A model generated the notes under the pieces. It did not search any database. It saw nothing but the letters and a program-made list of their open reading frames with translations, and had not been told where the DNA came from. A DNA stretch of 64,000 nt, taken from positions 16,916,752 to 16,980,751 of the forward strand of contig OZ316898.1 in NCBI GenBank assembly GCA_973895155.1, in the 5' to 3' direction. The position numbers and the translations under genes were made by a program. The stretch is from Marsupella aquatica (lineage: Eukaryota; Plantae; Marchantiophyta). Shown piece after piece: positions 1-12,410 of this stretch (position 1 is the stretch's first letter; each line of letters starts with the position of its first letter).

Positions 1-2445
1 GACAGTCCCCGTGACTGTCTTCCATACCCCACCGGCATGATGTTAGATTTGCGCTTACATCGACATTTGAACGAAAGTGGAGATCCTAGCTTGGGCTGGC
101 CTGATCTTGGAAGCTTGGGTCAGTCCAAGCCACTCCACAATCTGCAGATGTCTGAATTTTGATAAAAGCCTTCTTAAGCTCTCCAAGTAGGGACCAACGT
201 GAATATCACGAGACGTTTCAAGGCTAAACCCTGGGACGACAGTCCTCCCTATGTATCCCACGGCATAATGTTAGATATATGTATGTATATATAGACATTT
301 GAAACAAAATGGAGAATGATCCTTGGCCTGTCATTTTCTTGGATGATTGGGCCAGCCCAAGTCACTCCGTTTCTCCTACAGACATCGAATCTGAACTAGC
401 TGTCGACCTCGCACGTAAAAGTTCGGGTTCAATTTACGTCGAAGGTGTGGGGGAGCTAGACTCGCTATCAGACCAAATTGTTAATTAGGCCCTCTGCTCA
501 GCGGTAGATTTGACGTTCCTACAACTTTAGCATCCTACAACTTTCCTTTTCCCGCTTCTTCGTGCCTCATGCGCTTGGAGCTATGGGGCGAGCATCATGA
601 GGGGTTCCTACAAATCTGTACCATGCCAGGGCCTTCTAACGCCCCACAGATATGTCGCAGAGTGTAATGTACGTGATATGCCTTGAAGTGTATATATAAG
701 AGGAAGCTGTAGGAAAGTGGAGATGTTTGAATTGACATTTCCCTCAGACAGAAGGCCAGGCTGAGCCCCCCAAATCTCGTGCACCGATCTGAATTCATGG
801 AGAGAATAATTCTGTGATTTCGTTGTCGTGTACCTGAACTTTTCGCAGTCAATAAATTCAAACTCATTCTATTTTAGACGCCCTTTTAGACGGCACCCTT
901 TTTGCCCCTTCCAAAACTGCCAGACATGTAATTAACCAGCTCCAACCCTGGCCTGGAGACAAGTTGCAAGGTCGAATTCGGAAGTTATCGATCGTACTCC
1001 AGATGTACCTACTTGCTAGGACGGAACGCTTGTTGGTAAGTAAAGGAGAAATAGGCATCTGCGCGAAAGTGGAGATACTTGGGTTGGTACTTTGTTCGAA
1101 AATGCCAGTCAAACCCACTGCTCTCTCTCGTGCAAACTCTGAATTGAGCTCGTCCGCAAAATCTCATTTGTACAATTGTGGCCAGATTTCCAGTTCGTCA
1201 ATTAATGTTCTGGGACATTCTTTGCCGGGGATTTTCGCAATCCCCGACCATGGGAGATGTAAATGATTTTTGTTAACAAGTATAGCGAAACCGTGTCCCG
1301 AACCGTGTCCCGAACTGTAATGGATTTGAAGGGTTGTGAACAAGACCACCACCTGCCTGCTCGATCATGAAGCAGATTGCGGGGCAGAGTGATTGTCCCA
1401 TAGATTCTCCTGCACGTTCGGATCTTCCAAGTAGAACTTGGTATTCGTAGGTAAGTCATCATTGAACTTATGCCACCTCGGACCATCCGGACATGGTTGA
1501 CATGTCCTCCGCCTTCATTCGTACCCAGAGGAAACTTCCAGAATTTGCAATGCAGCACTACGGGTTTCCGGAAAGACGTCAACCAGCCTCAACGAGGACA
1601 AATCGGAGGATCAAATATCATTTACGATGGCCAATGGACGATGGCAACCGATTCTATGGAACGCTGCGGCAGTCCGACAAGATCTGTCAATAGACCATTC
1701 CTTCCTAAACTCTCCACGTATAAGGAAGAAAGCGAAATCTCACGAGCTGTTGACTAAACTCTGCAATAACAGTGCTCAGATATCCCACGGCATGACGTTC
1801 CATGCACATAGACATTTGAACGAAAGTGGAGGTCCCTGGGGCTGGCCATTTCTTTGGAAGATTAGGCCAGTCCAAGGCACTCCACTCTCATCCAGACGTC
1901 TGTTCAACTAATTGCCTCGTAGGTTCAATAAATAATTACTTTGTCATGGAGCAGACATACCCTGGAATGTTTGTCCACCATGTCCCACGCCATGATATAT
2001 ATATGCTAGATGTGTATATATACTAGAGACATTTGAACAAAAGTGGAGATCCTTGGTGGCCCTTTCTTGGGAGATAAGGCGAGTCAAGCTAGCTACTCGA
2101 CTCTTAAACATCTGAACTGGCCTCGCAGGTTCGATTACTGAATTTGTCATGGAGCAGACATACCTTGGAATGTTAGTCCTCCATGTCTCACGGCATGATG
2201 AACATAGATGTGTATATATATAGAGAGACGTTTGAACGAAAGGGGAGATCCTTGGGTTGGCATTTACTTGGAATTAAGCTTAGGCCAGTCCAAGCCGCTC
2301 CACTCTCCTGCAAATGTCTGGATTTTGATGAAGTCCCCTCCATCCATGTACGGACCAACGTGATTGTCACGAGCTGTTCACTAAACGCTGGAATGCGCGC
2401 GCCAGGCCTCATGAATATCCCACGGCGTGACTTTACTTGCATGAA

Positions 2446-2534
2446 GATATTTGAACGAAAGTGGAGATCCCTGGGGCTGGCCTTTTCTTGGAAGATTAGG
2501 CCAGTCCAAGGCACTCCACTCTCGTACAAACATC
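2446..2534 (+). ncRNA. Representative intact hairpin unit (AAGGCAC variant)
   Basis: GATATTTGAACGAAAGTGGAGATCCCTGGGGCTGGCCT-TTTCTTGGAAGATT-AGGCCAGTCCAAGGCACTCCACTCTCGTACAAACATC folds into an imperfect stem of roughly 35-38 bp. Confidence 0.6.
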
Positions 2535-2759
2535 TGTTCAACTGGCCTCTCAAGTTCCATTAATGATTTGTCATAGAGCAGGCCTAGCTACTAAACCCTG
2601 GAAAGTTTGTCCTCCATATCCCACCGCATGATGCTAGATGTGTATATATAGACATATGAACGAAAGTGCCTTGGATGGCGGGAGATTAGGCCAGGACTCC
2701 TCGCAGGTTCAATTCCTTTGTCGAGCAGACTAAACCTTGGAACGTTAGTCCTGACATCC

Positions 2760-2761
<2 letters not shown>

Positions 2762-2812
<51 letters not shown>
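2762..2812. repeat. (AG)n microsatellite, ~25 units, abutting a hairpin copy that lacks its 5' lower stem
   Basis: Pure AG run directly upstream of the hairpin copy at 2813. Confidence 0.95.
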
Positions 2813-2815
<3 letters not shown>

Positions 2816-5800
2816 GGGATACTTGGGCTGGCCTTTCGTGTAAGATTAGGCCAATCCAAGCCAGTCCACTCTCCTGCAAATGTCTGGGTTTTGATGAAGT
2901 CCTCTTAAACTCTCCATATTATTAAAGACCCATGCCACGTGAATTTCGTGAGCTCTTCACTAAACTCTGGAATGACAGGACCCTCATGGATATCCCACCG
3001 CAAGACGTTACACGCATAATATAGACATTTGAACGAAAGTGGAGATCCCTGGGGCTGGCCTTTTCTTGGAAGATTAGGCCAGTCCAAGGCACTCTACTCT
3101 CGTACAGATGTCAGAACGTACGTACCGTGCATCCAAAAGAATTTCTTCCCGTGGACCAGGCTAGCTTTCCAGTTTACATTGGATCCATGTGCCAGTCGCG
3201 CAGTAGCTAGATCATATTTGCATGTTTCCTGGGCCCTTCGTCATTCCTTTCAGCGGGCTCTGTCGAGGAATATTTCAGTAGTAATTTCAAAAATCTTTTC
3301 CAGGTCCTTAAACGTTTTTAACGCTCAAGATGAGAAGTAGAAGAAAACGTCAAGAGCTGCAGATCGACTGATTCTGGAATCGCATGATCAATGCTGGATG
3401 AGAATTATATTTAGATATCTGAACGTAAGTGGAGATCCTTGGGGTGGTATTTTCTTGGAAGATTAGGCCAGCCAGTTCACTCTCTCTTAAAAACATCAGA
3501 ACTGTCGACCTCGCAGCTTCAATTACAGCGATGTCGTGGAGCAGACTCGCTACGAGTCCTATTCAGTCGGTAGAATATGTGACGTCGCATCCGACACCGT
3601 TCTCTGTCACCCTTCTTCATGACTTATGCGCTTCGGAGCCATGTCGCCATCCAGCGTTTCCTAGAAATCTGCACCTAGCCATTGTTAGGCCCTCTTCCAC
3701 ATTAATTTGGCACAGAGTGATATGCGCTGAAGTGTATAGTAGGTACGTAGACAGCTGGACGAAAGTGGAGATGCTTGGATTGGGCTTCTCTTGGGACGCA
3801 AGGCCAGGCCAGCCCAAGCCACTCCACTCTCCTGCAGACAACTGAACTTATCGATCTTCCTGGTATGAGGTTAACTTCTTGCTCGTGGACACAGTCTCTA
3901 TCAGTCCATGCAGCTCATTCGGTAGTTTTGAAGCGGTCTCCCACACCACTCTGAGGCCCGAGCTGTGCAGTCGGTAGTTTAGACGCCGTCTCCAACAACA
4001 TTCCGTGTCACCCTTCGTCATGCCCGTCGTCATGCCTTATGCGCTGAGGAGCCATCCGGCGAAACATATCAGTAGAGGTTTAATCCCAACAATCTGGAGT
4101 AGGTCATTCTTAACCCCTCCCTGAATAAATATATAGCAGACTTCAATGCAATTGATATCCGCTGAAGTGTGTACCTTAGTAGACAGCTGTACGAAAGTTG
4201 AGATGCTAGCTAGGACAAGGCCAGCCCAAGCCACTTCACTCTCCTGTAGCCGTCTGATTCAATGGCTGAACTTGTAACCACACAATCGGCGAGCTATCCT
4301 TCGGTATGCTGGTAGATAGTGCTGGTAGATAGTAAAGCGAAGGTGGAGATCCTTGGGCTGGCATTTAATTTGGAATGAAAAAGGCCAGTCCAAGCCACTC
4401 CACCATCGTGAAGATATCGCAAATTTGAAAGGGTGTACTGTCACTTTTCCAGGCCCAAAGGAATTCAACAGAGAGGGACCTTTTATCAGGAGTCGTACGT
4501 ACTTAAGCAGACAAATAACGTGAACTCAAGCTATTCTTCCTCGTGCTGTTGCATGTCAAGAAGCGAGTCAAGAAGACAACTGAACCAGAGTGAAGACGTT
4601 TGGGGTGGCCTTGCAGCAGCAGGAAAGGCCAGTCCAAGCCACTCCACTGTCGTCGAGACGTCTGAAAATATATCCCTCCCGCGAGAGCAGTGTAGACTCA
4701 ATCTCCCCAACTACTGTACATTTACAATCGTTTATACTTGTTAAGGACTAGAGTAGATTGCAGCCCATGTTCGGAAGGAACGTGAACTCTGCATGCTCCA
4801 ACCGAGGTTCCAAAGTGGTCCTTCGGTTCGATGAAATTTCTATCCATGTAGATTTCTGTATGTACGAAAGTGGACTCCAGCCCAAGACACACCAGCACTT
4901 GGAGACATATCTGCTGTTATGTTCTCCGGGTATGAATTCATGGCAATTATGTCTCGATGATCTATAAGTAATTAACCGAATATTCAACAAAATATAATGG
5001 TTAAGTATGATTAATTGACACAGTCCCGAAACAGGACCTGAATTCACAGCTAAGAAGAACTCTTTCGCGCAGCGCTCCTACGTCTATAAGACATCTACTG
5101 AAAGATAGCTAGCTCCTCCTTTGCTCTAAGACATGGACAAGCTTCAAGCTACCTTTTCCTCGGTTCTAAGACATGGACAAGCTTCAAGCTAGCTCCTCCT
5201 CATTGAGTTATGAGTTCTATGGTAAGTCAATTATTGCTACTGATACACCATACTGCTGTTTCTCCTGAACTTCAAGTTACTTATAGATCATCGCTCTCCT
5301 TTTTTAATGGTTCGCAACACTCGTTGGGTGGACAAAAATTAAGACAGACTGTGCAGTGAAGTCCAACATACGGGAATGTTTGAGAATTATTCACCATTTT
5401 GTCATATTGAATCGATCAGGCTAGGGTTGACATTTACTGTAACTTTCCCGGGAACTTGCCCTTGAATACTGGTTAATTTCACACTGTAGGGTCCAACTTC
5501 CCGATCCTGGAGTGACGGTCATTGTCTCTACGTGTGGGGAGGCAAGAAACCAGTTACGGCACTTAATAAATGCTAAAGACAAACAGAGTTGGAAAAAGAA
5601 GTCCATGATATATATAGAAGGCAGTTTATATGTTCATACTGTATCAATTTAAAAGATTGTATCTTGCGCCACTGCTTACTTGAGGTTTAGGGTATATTCA
5701 TGCACCCGGCCGAATGTTTTTTATTTGTAGTTCCTCTGATCGTGGATGGCATGTACGTGAAGGTCAACAATCTTCTTTGATGCTGGGCAGTGTGTGAGTG

Positions 5801-7773
5801 AGTGAGTCTAAGAATGGAACTGGTTGTACATTGGGATGAATTTACAAACCAGGATCGCAGGACTGTGTTAATTTCCGTTTGACATGCACCTTCTGGGGAC
5901 TCTTAATGGCAATATATGGAACAGCTGACCATATTTTAACTTCGAACACCTGCGACGGACCTGCTACTGGGTACTTCCCATCACGGTAAAGAAAAACAGA
6001 GCTGAGCCATCAAATTAAACAACTGCCTCAATGATGTGCAGGTTCACCGTATCCTCTGACACAATTTAGTTTTTAGGAACAAACGTACTCATGGTAGTTA
6101 GACAAAGAAAAGGACTGACAAAAATATAACAGAATAAGGTCCTTACCTTAAAGTTTTGACATTCGATCGATCGACACAAAATTTGAATTCATGAGTATTT
6201 CCTCTTGGGTTTTTTGAAGTTTCTAGAACAACTTAGTCTAAGTCTCAACTCGGGTTGTTCCGTTTTTAGGTGCTCCTGTGATGCCGGCTTCTGAACTTAA
6301 TTCGAGCAAAGTCCCAGCTAACTGTGCAACCTTCGTGGCTCTATCAATTACGAGTTTCGGGCAGGCGAAACCGGGCTCTTTTCCCTTTTCCATTCCATAA
6401 TTTACCTTAGTGACTTTTCCCCCACCCCTAGACCTTCGGCCAGTTTCATGCGGAGGAGGGCTGTTTGGTCGGGGCGAGTCTTCCCTTTCTTACTCTTTCC
6501 CCACAAACAAAGATTACAGAATTGCATTGGTGTTGACTTCTAGAGGCCCCATCATATCCGTGTCAAGATCGGGGTCAAAATGCAAACTGAACTGTGCCGT
6601 GGCGGCTCTCCTCGTGAGCTTTGAATCGTGGGGTATCACCTCTTCTACTGTGTAGTCGGCATCACATCTAGAGCACTAAGTTATGCCAGTCAAATGTCTA
6701 ATTGTCAGCATCCGTTAAATCGATACGTAATTTCAGACGTCCAGCAGGAAATCAAGACCAGCTATTAACAATAACGTTTGACTTCTCACACACTATCTAC
6801 AGGACAAGCTTCAAGCACTCCACACTGAAAGTACGTAGTACATGAAAAGAGGAAAAGTTGCATGCATATTTAAGTACAGTAATATATGAGTCCGGAAAAG
6901 ATCAGGTAATTTGATTTTATAACAAAGAATGGATGAACGAATAAGTTTGAAGAACCACAGGGACTCGAATGGGTCACGCAAACGAAGGAGAGTAGGGGTG
7001 AGCAATGAGATCAGCACTGCAAATTTTACGCAATCCAAAACCTTCCAAGGTAGTCGCCGACCAAGTCATAATCCACAGAAGAATGGGCAGTGAATCCAAC
7101 ATACTACGGAGGAGATCTGATTGTCCAATGAACTCCTTGGTACAGTACAGTGGGAGGCAGTCGTTGACTATGGAGAACCGCCTTCTCATGCACCGAGACA
7201 AAATTATTTCGACAAGTCGACACTGAAACAAATCCGAAATTAATGGGCGGCATTGAGCTTCCAACTTAATTCCGAACTCTTTCCTACAGACATGGTGGCG
7301 ATGTTGCAGCGTCACGAACAACGGAGCCTTGTCTGTCAAGTGTGGCGGGCAGGGGCACGTTCTGCAATCCATGTGGGTTCATCGTCGGCCGCAGAGAGAA
7401 AGCGGAGAATGCTGCAAACCCCTCATGGGACAGAGTCAAGTTAGCTGGTCTGCTTCCGGATGTTACGGATGACAAACAACATTTTCTCGTTACAGTGAAA
7501 TGTGTATCGAACTATCGATCAAATCGGTCGACGTATATGTCCTCGGAACCTCACGCTGCCACACAGAGCGCCGCACCCTTTGAAGTCACTTCGTCAAGTG
7601 GTGAACCGTTCCGATTCCCTCTGTCTAAGGAGCACCGTCCCACCGTTCACGAAAGCGAATCGAGTCTTTGACGAACAGCAAAAGTGGGATTCGGTGTATC
7701 GAACTGTTCATGAAGAGAATGAGTCTGGAAGCTGTAGAAACTGCAAAGTGGGATGCGGTGAATCGGAACTACA

Positions 7774-7865
7774 GTCTTCTGTACAGAGCTACTGTGGTAC
7801 GTCTTCTGTACAGGGCTACTGTGGTACGTCTTCTGTACAGGGCTACTGTGGTACGTCTTTTGTAC
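7774..7865. repeat. 27-bp minisatellite, 3 full units plus a partial
   Basis: GTCTTCTGTACAG(A/G)GCTACTGTGGTAC repeated in tandem. Confidence 0.95.
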
Positions 7866-7939
7866 GAAGTAGTACCGTTATTTTTAGGAAGTACATTCGT
7901 ATGTCTCTCTACGTACACACTCCGTAAGTGAGAGCCCTC

Positions 7940-7988
7940 TAACTGCAAGAACCCTGGATAACTGCAAGAACCCTGGATAACTGCAAGA
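7940..7988. repeat. 19-bp tandem repeat, ~2.5 units
   Basis: TAACTGCAAGAACCCTGGA repeated. Confidence 0.9.
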
Positions 7989-8818
7989 TGGTAGTGTGCA
8001 TGTCCAGTTATTGGTAAGTGCACTATTTTTATCAGCTTATACTTACCTTTTTTTTTTTTTGGTTTTTTTTTTGAGAAGAAGCGGCTGAGCGCAAAATGTC
8101 ATTCAAAGAAACCGCGGCGAAAACCAGCGGCAAGGAGAACAACAACCCCACAGGGCCACACGCATGCCACAAAACCCTGGAGGGCCAGGGCAAGAGACGC
8201 CCAAACGCCGCAGCGGGGAGCAAAACAGCCACCGGACAACAGGGAAACAACTAACTCAACTTGGGCCGAGAGTGGATCAGGATTAGCCAGCATTTCACAG
8301 TCATAATGTGAGTCCATTGGCTAAGCCACATTTTCAGAATAGTGGGCCGCACACCCCAGCATCTATGGTATCTATCATAGTAGGTCCTAAGGCTCTCAGG
8401 CACAAGGGGGTGAAATTCAGTACGTTCAGTCTTGTGTCTCTCTAAGCAGTTGATCCTACTGTGAATTCTAAACTTAATTCTAAACTCACTCATTAGAAAT
8501 GACTACGTTTGGGGTGCAATCCCTTGTCGCAGATCTGTCACTCATCAAAGAAAGCTCAGTTAAAGTCCTGTGTAGGCGCCGAACTTTAGTTGTGCTTCTG
8601 GTACATTGAAGTGTGGTATGGACAGTCACCGCAGTCCCATGGAAGATGAGTTGCAGGGGGAAACGGGTGGCGTTGGCGTGGTAAGTGCGCTGTCGTCTCT
8701 CCATCCAAATGCTGATGATCATCTGATGAATCACTAAGAGGTAGCCTGGGTTTCTTTTTTGTGACCGAATGGCAGTGTCTATCTTTCCAAAAAAAGAACA
8801 GCCACTGGCTTTGTGCAG

Positions 8819-11800
8819 CTAGGTTCCCTCGGCAATGTGTTCGAGTTGAGACCAACGAGGTCTCAATCTGGGGCATTCAAAGAACATGTGTTCCATAGTT
8901 TCAATGTGCTCTGTGCAGGCGGTGCACATCCCATCTCCTACGTCCCACTTAAGAGCACGAAGGTTAGAAAAGAAACCAGCGTTGAGGACCTTCCAGAAAT
9001 CCAGCTTAACGCTGGGAGATGACCATCCACTCCAAAGGTGAATCCATCTGCGTCTCCAGATCTCTTGAGTGTCCAGCGAAAACCACCTTCGATTAAGCTT
9101 CTCAATAGGTGTGTTGTATCTCTGCAGCATTAGGGCCCAGGTTTTGGTTGGTAACTTCCACCCTCTTTTTTCTCCTTGAGTCCATTTCCATTTCCATCCT
9201 TCAGCATTGACAAGTTGCACCTCCGTTATACCTCTGGACGTGTTGAGTAGCTCCATGATCTGTGTTAGCAATAGTGAAGTATGACTTCTGTTCATTCTGA
9301 TTGCCCCGTTGATTTGCTCAATAGTTTTCCACTCTCGGTCAAGATTAACCAGATCACCAACAGTTCTGATTTTCCTCGTAGCTAGATAGCTTCTGATCTG
9401 GTGCAACTCAGAAGTACAAACATTCAGATGTCTATTGAGGAGAAGACAAAGTTGTTCAGTTGAGAGATGGATAGGGATTTTCCCAGCAACAACGTCAAAT
9501 TGGAGATTCCTGTAGGTGGATTCCCATCCCCTAAGCAGGCAGTTAAGCACAGGTGCTGATGCAATCTTCAGGTCTGGAGTGAGCAGGAGACAGTCACTAG
9601 GCTCCCAGAGTTTGCGTTCCTTCTTGTGAGGTCCTTTCCTGGCATTGATTCTAATCAATGAACAAGCCATGTGAACCCAGGCTGTGTCGAAGCCAATGAC
9701 CAATTTGGTGATACTTCGCATTTTGCATACCTGAGATTGGATGTTGAACGGTCTAATGGCCAGCCCTCCTTCTTCAAATGGTCTAGTGATAGATTCCCAA
9801 GCCACAAGTGCTTTTTTGTTAGCTCGAGTGAAGTTCTTTCCCCATAGGAAGACTCTGCAAATCTTCTCTAACTCCTTGAAGCCAGTTTTTTGTATGTTAA
9901 GGAGCATAAGATGGTAGTACACAGGGATGGCCCGAATGACATGCTTGAGCAGTACTAACCTTCCAGCTTGGGTTAGAGTTCTGTTAGTCCAGTGCCTCAA
10001 TCGATTCCTAATTTTGCTTAGGAGGAAGGCAGTTTCCTGAGTGGGTTTAATAGCATTGCCAATAGGGCAGCCAAGGTAGGTAATGACTTCACCTTTGCTC
10101 GCTATACGACAGCCAGTTCTCTCTACCCATTCAGGTTGCTCTAAGTTGTCCAGTTGCACAATCACTGATTTCTCATTGTTGAGAAGGGCACCAGAGACAC
10201 GTTCGTACTTGTTGACAACGCTGCAAGCCATGTTGAATTTAGCTTCAGTGGCTTTGAGAAAAAGACCAGTGTCGTCAGCAAATAGCTGGTGCAGCAGCGT
10301 TTTTCCATTTCCTGTGTGCACTCCGTGAAGATCACCAGACATCAGTTTGTTCTCAAGTAGACACATCAGGGGTTGAGTAGCTAAGGCATAAAGAAGCGAT
10401 GATGCTAAACAGCCTTGTCTTACTCCCCGTCCAAGAGAGATAGCGTCTGTGAAGCCTCCGTTAGCATGGACTTTAGATGCAGCATCAATGACCAGGCCCT
10501 TGATGAGAGAGATGAATTTAGAATCAAAATTCATGTGATGTAACGTTTCCCACAAGAAAGCATGGTCAATCCGATTGTAAGCTTTGGCAAAGTCAAGTTT
10601 CAGGAATACAATGGGTTGCTTAGAGATGTTAACATACTCTTGACCAACTTTGAAAGCTAGTACGTTGTCCATGATGCTTCTGCCTGTAATGAAACCGATC
10701 TGTTGGATGGATACCAACTTAGGGACAACAAGCTTCAACCTGTTAGCAAGAATGTTTGCAACAATCTTGTGTGTGATAGTGAGCATAGTGAGCGGCCTCC
10801 AATTTTTTAGCCTCTGTTTATCACCGTCTTTTGGTATGAGCTTGATGACTCCTGTTGAGGCTTTTGAAGTGAGTAACCCATCCCTCCAAAATGCTCTGAC
10901 CATAGCACAACAGTCTGCCTTCATCCACTCCCAACAGTTCTGTAGGATCTCAACAGTAACTCCATCTAAACCTGGTGACTTTTCCTTGGGGAAGTGTTGC
11001 ACTACAGCACTAATCTCATCCTCACTTGGGTCTTTGATGAGAATCCAGTTCTGTTCAGGAGTGATCTTTTTTTGGATTAGGGACAAAACTTCAGCCCTTT
11101 CCTCCACGTTATCACAAACTGTTGCATCAACTTGGCATAGTTGGGTACAATACTGACTGATTTCGTCAAGAATCTGTTTCTCGTCATCAATAACAGTCCC
11201 ATTAGCCAAGGTTAGAAGCTTGATGGTTTCTCGACTCTGTTTGGCTTTCATTTGCAGGAAGAAATACCTGGATGGTGCATTGCCAAGTGATAGCCACCGG
11301 ACACGACTTCGTCTGCGCCATACCTCAGCTTCCCTTGTCTCATTAGCTTTGACTTCAGCTTCCAGTCGTACAACTTCCGTAATGGTAGCAGGATTGGGGT
11401 TACGTGCTACCTCACAGCGTTGAGCTTGTAGTTGTGTCACTATGTCAGGTTGCTTTCTTTTTTTCTCATCCAGACGTCTCTTCTCAGCAACCAGGATCTT
11501 CTTCATTCTGCTGGTGGCTAGATCCCAATGTATTCTTTCATCCCTACTAGGAGCAGCATTAGTTCCCTGGCATGCTGCTTTGACTTGCTCCATAATTTCT
11601 GGTTTTTGTAGCATTTTTGCATCCATCTTGAAATAACTTGACTTCCAGATGCTAGATGAAGTGCTAATGTATTGGAGAGCAAAGGTGACTAAGACTGGGA
11701 GATGGTCAGACAAAGTTTGTCGGTCATCGTGATGAATCTGTCTAATGACAGTGCACCAATTTTCCCGATTATTGCAGTAGATCCTATCTAATCTGGCTTG

Positions 11801-12410
11801 ATCGAATCGAGCCCCGTGACTGGCTTGGCGAGTGAACTTGGGTCCTTTTCGTGTTGCTGCGCAGAGGTAGGAGTCAACCATATCACCCTCATCAATCAGT
11901 CTGGCCCACTTTCTGCTTTCGCTGCCATGTAGTAGAGGGCTGGGACCGATGGAGTCGTTAGGTTGTTCCACCATATTGAAGTCACCTCCAAGCACCCAGT
12001 TCCCTTGCATGATTTTGTTGCTAATCCATTCCCAGAGTCGTTTCCGTCTGGTTCTGCTCCCACGTCCATTGGGTGCGTAGACAGATCCCACGTTTAACGG
12101 CCCCTTGCTGGATTCAATAGTAATCCAGGCAAAGGTTCCATCTCCTTTGCATCATTGGTCAAGAATCTTAACTGATGCAGAAGTGACAACAGCCGTCCCA
12201 GCCCAACCATCTTCCCCGTAGTCCACAACAAATTGTCCCCCTTGCAGTAAATTAGCCAGAGTGAAATCACATTTGTTTGCAGTTACCTTGCATTCCTGGA
12301 GGCACAGAGCATGTATATTTGGTTGTATTCTGCAAATCCAATTCCCTAGAATTCGGGATCTATTCGGGTCTCCCAGACCATTCATGTTTCACGAGCAAAT
12401 CTTAATGTCA
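8819..12410 (-). pseudogene. LINE ORF2 (APE endonuclease-reverse transcriptase-zf-RVT), with in-frame stops
   Basis: Motifs LCLQE, GGDFN, RLDRIY, SDHLPV (endonuclease); KSPGLDG, WRPLTML, KLDFAKAY, GVRQG, LFADD, YLG (RT); CTAC..ETMEHMFFECP. Stop at 12152; the main open frame is 8819-12091. Confidence 0.93.

Larger units (their letters stand above)
62..4890 (+). ncRNA. Array 1 of ~16-17 pre-miRNA-like hairpins (candidate polycistronic small-RNA precursor); may extend left of the window
   Basis: Copies at about 62-152, 294-385, 712-785 (degenerate), 1054-1140, 1811-1900, 2028-2113, 2227-2318, 2446-2534, 2651-2700 (internally deleted), 2813-2884, 3024-3112, 3414-3497, 3750-3840, 4182-4254, 4328-4418, 4575-4662 and a partial at 4861-4890. 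The 5' arm GTGGAGATCCTTGGGCTGGCCT pairs with the 3' arm AGGCCAGTCCAAGCCACTCCAC, and the lower stem is GACATTTG/CARATGTC. All copies have the same orientation. The repeat is certain; the RNA function is inferred. Confidence 0.6.
600..5960 (+). repeat. Arm 1 of an old inverted segmental duplication (partner ~32880-36060)
   Basis: Collinear reverse-complement matches: cctacaaatctgt (607) vs 36042-36054; gggattttcgcaatccccgaccatgggagatgt (1228) vs ~35468-35500; tgttcggaaggaacg (4768) vs ~34016-34030; tcctgaacttcaagtta (5263) vs ~33467-33483; ttgtacattgggatg (5824) vs ~32976-32990; ttttaacttcgaac (5934) vs ~32906-32920. Confidence 0.85.

Noticed and set aside
62-152. Hammerhead ribozyme (CGAAA-stem...stem-UC pattern in the units)
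   Set aside because: No CUGANGA core or stem II in the required position. The GAAA is better explained as part of the continuous lower stem.
55-4744. Short ORFs with recurring peptides (KVEILGL, RPVQATP, VEWLGL)
   Set aside because: These are translations of the hairpin repeat in varying frames and strands; indels between units do not preserve frame.
62-4890. CRISPR-like repeat-spacer array
   Set aside because: Repeats are ~90 nt and degenerate, spacers are long and homologous to one another, there are no cas genes, and the context is eukaryotic.
6500-7480. Possible small spliced gene on the minus strand (exon-like stretches near 6515-6668 and 7045-7105)
   Set aside because: No recognisable domain, weak splice support and no consistent model. 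RNA-seq would be needed.
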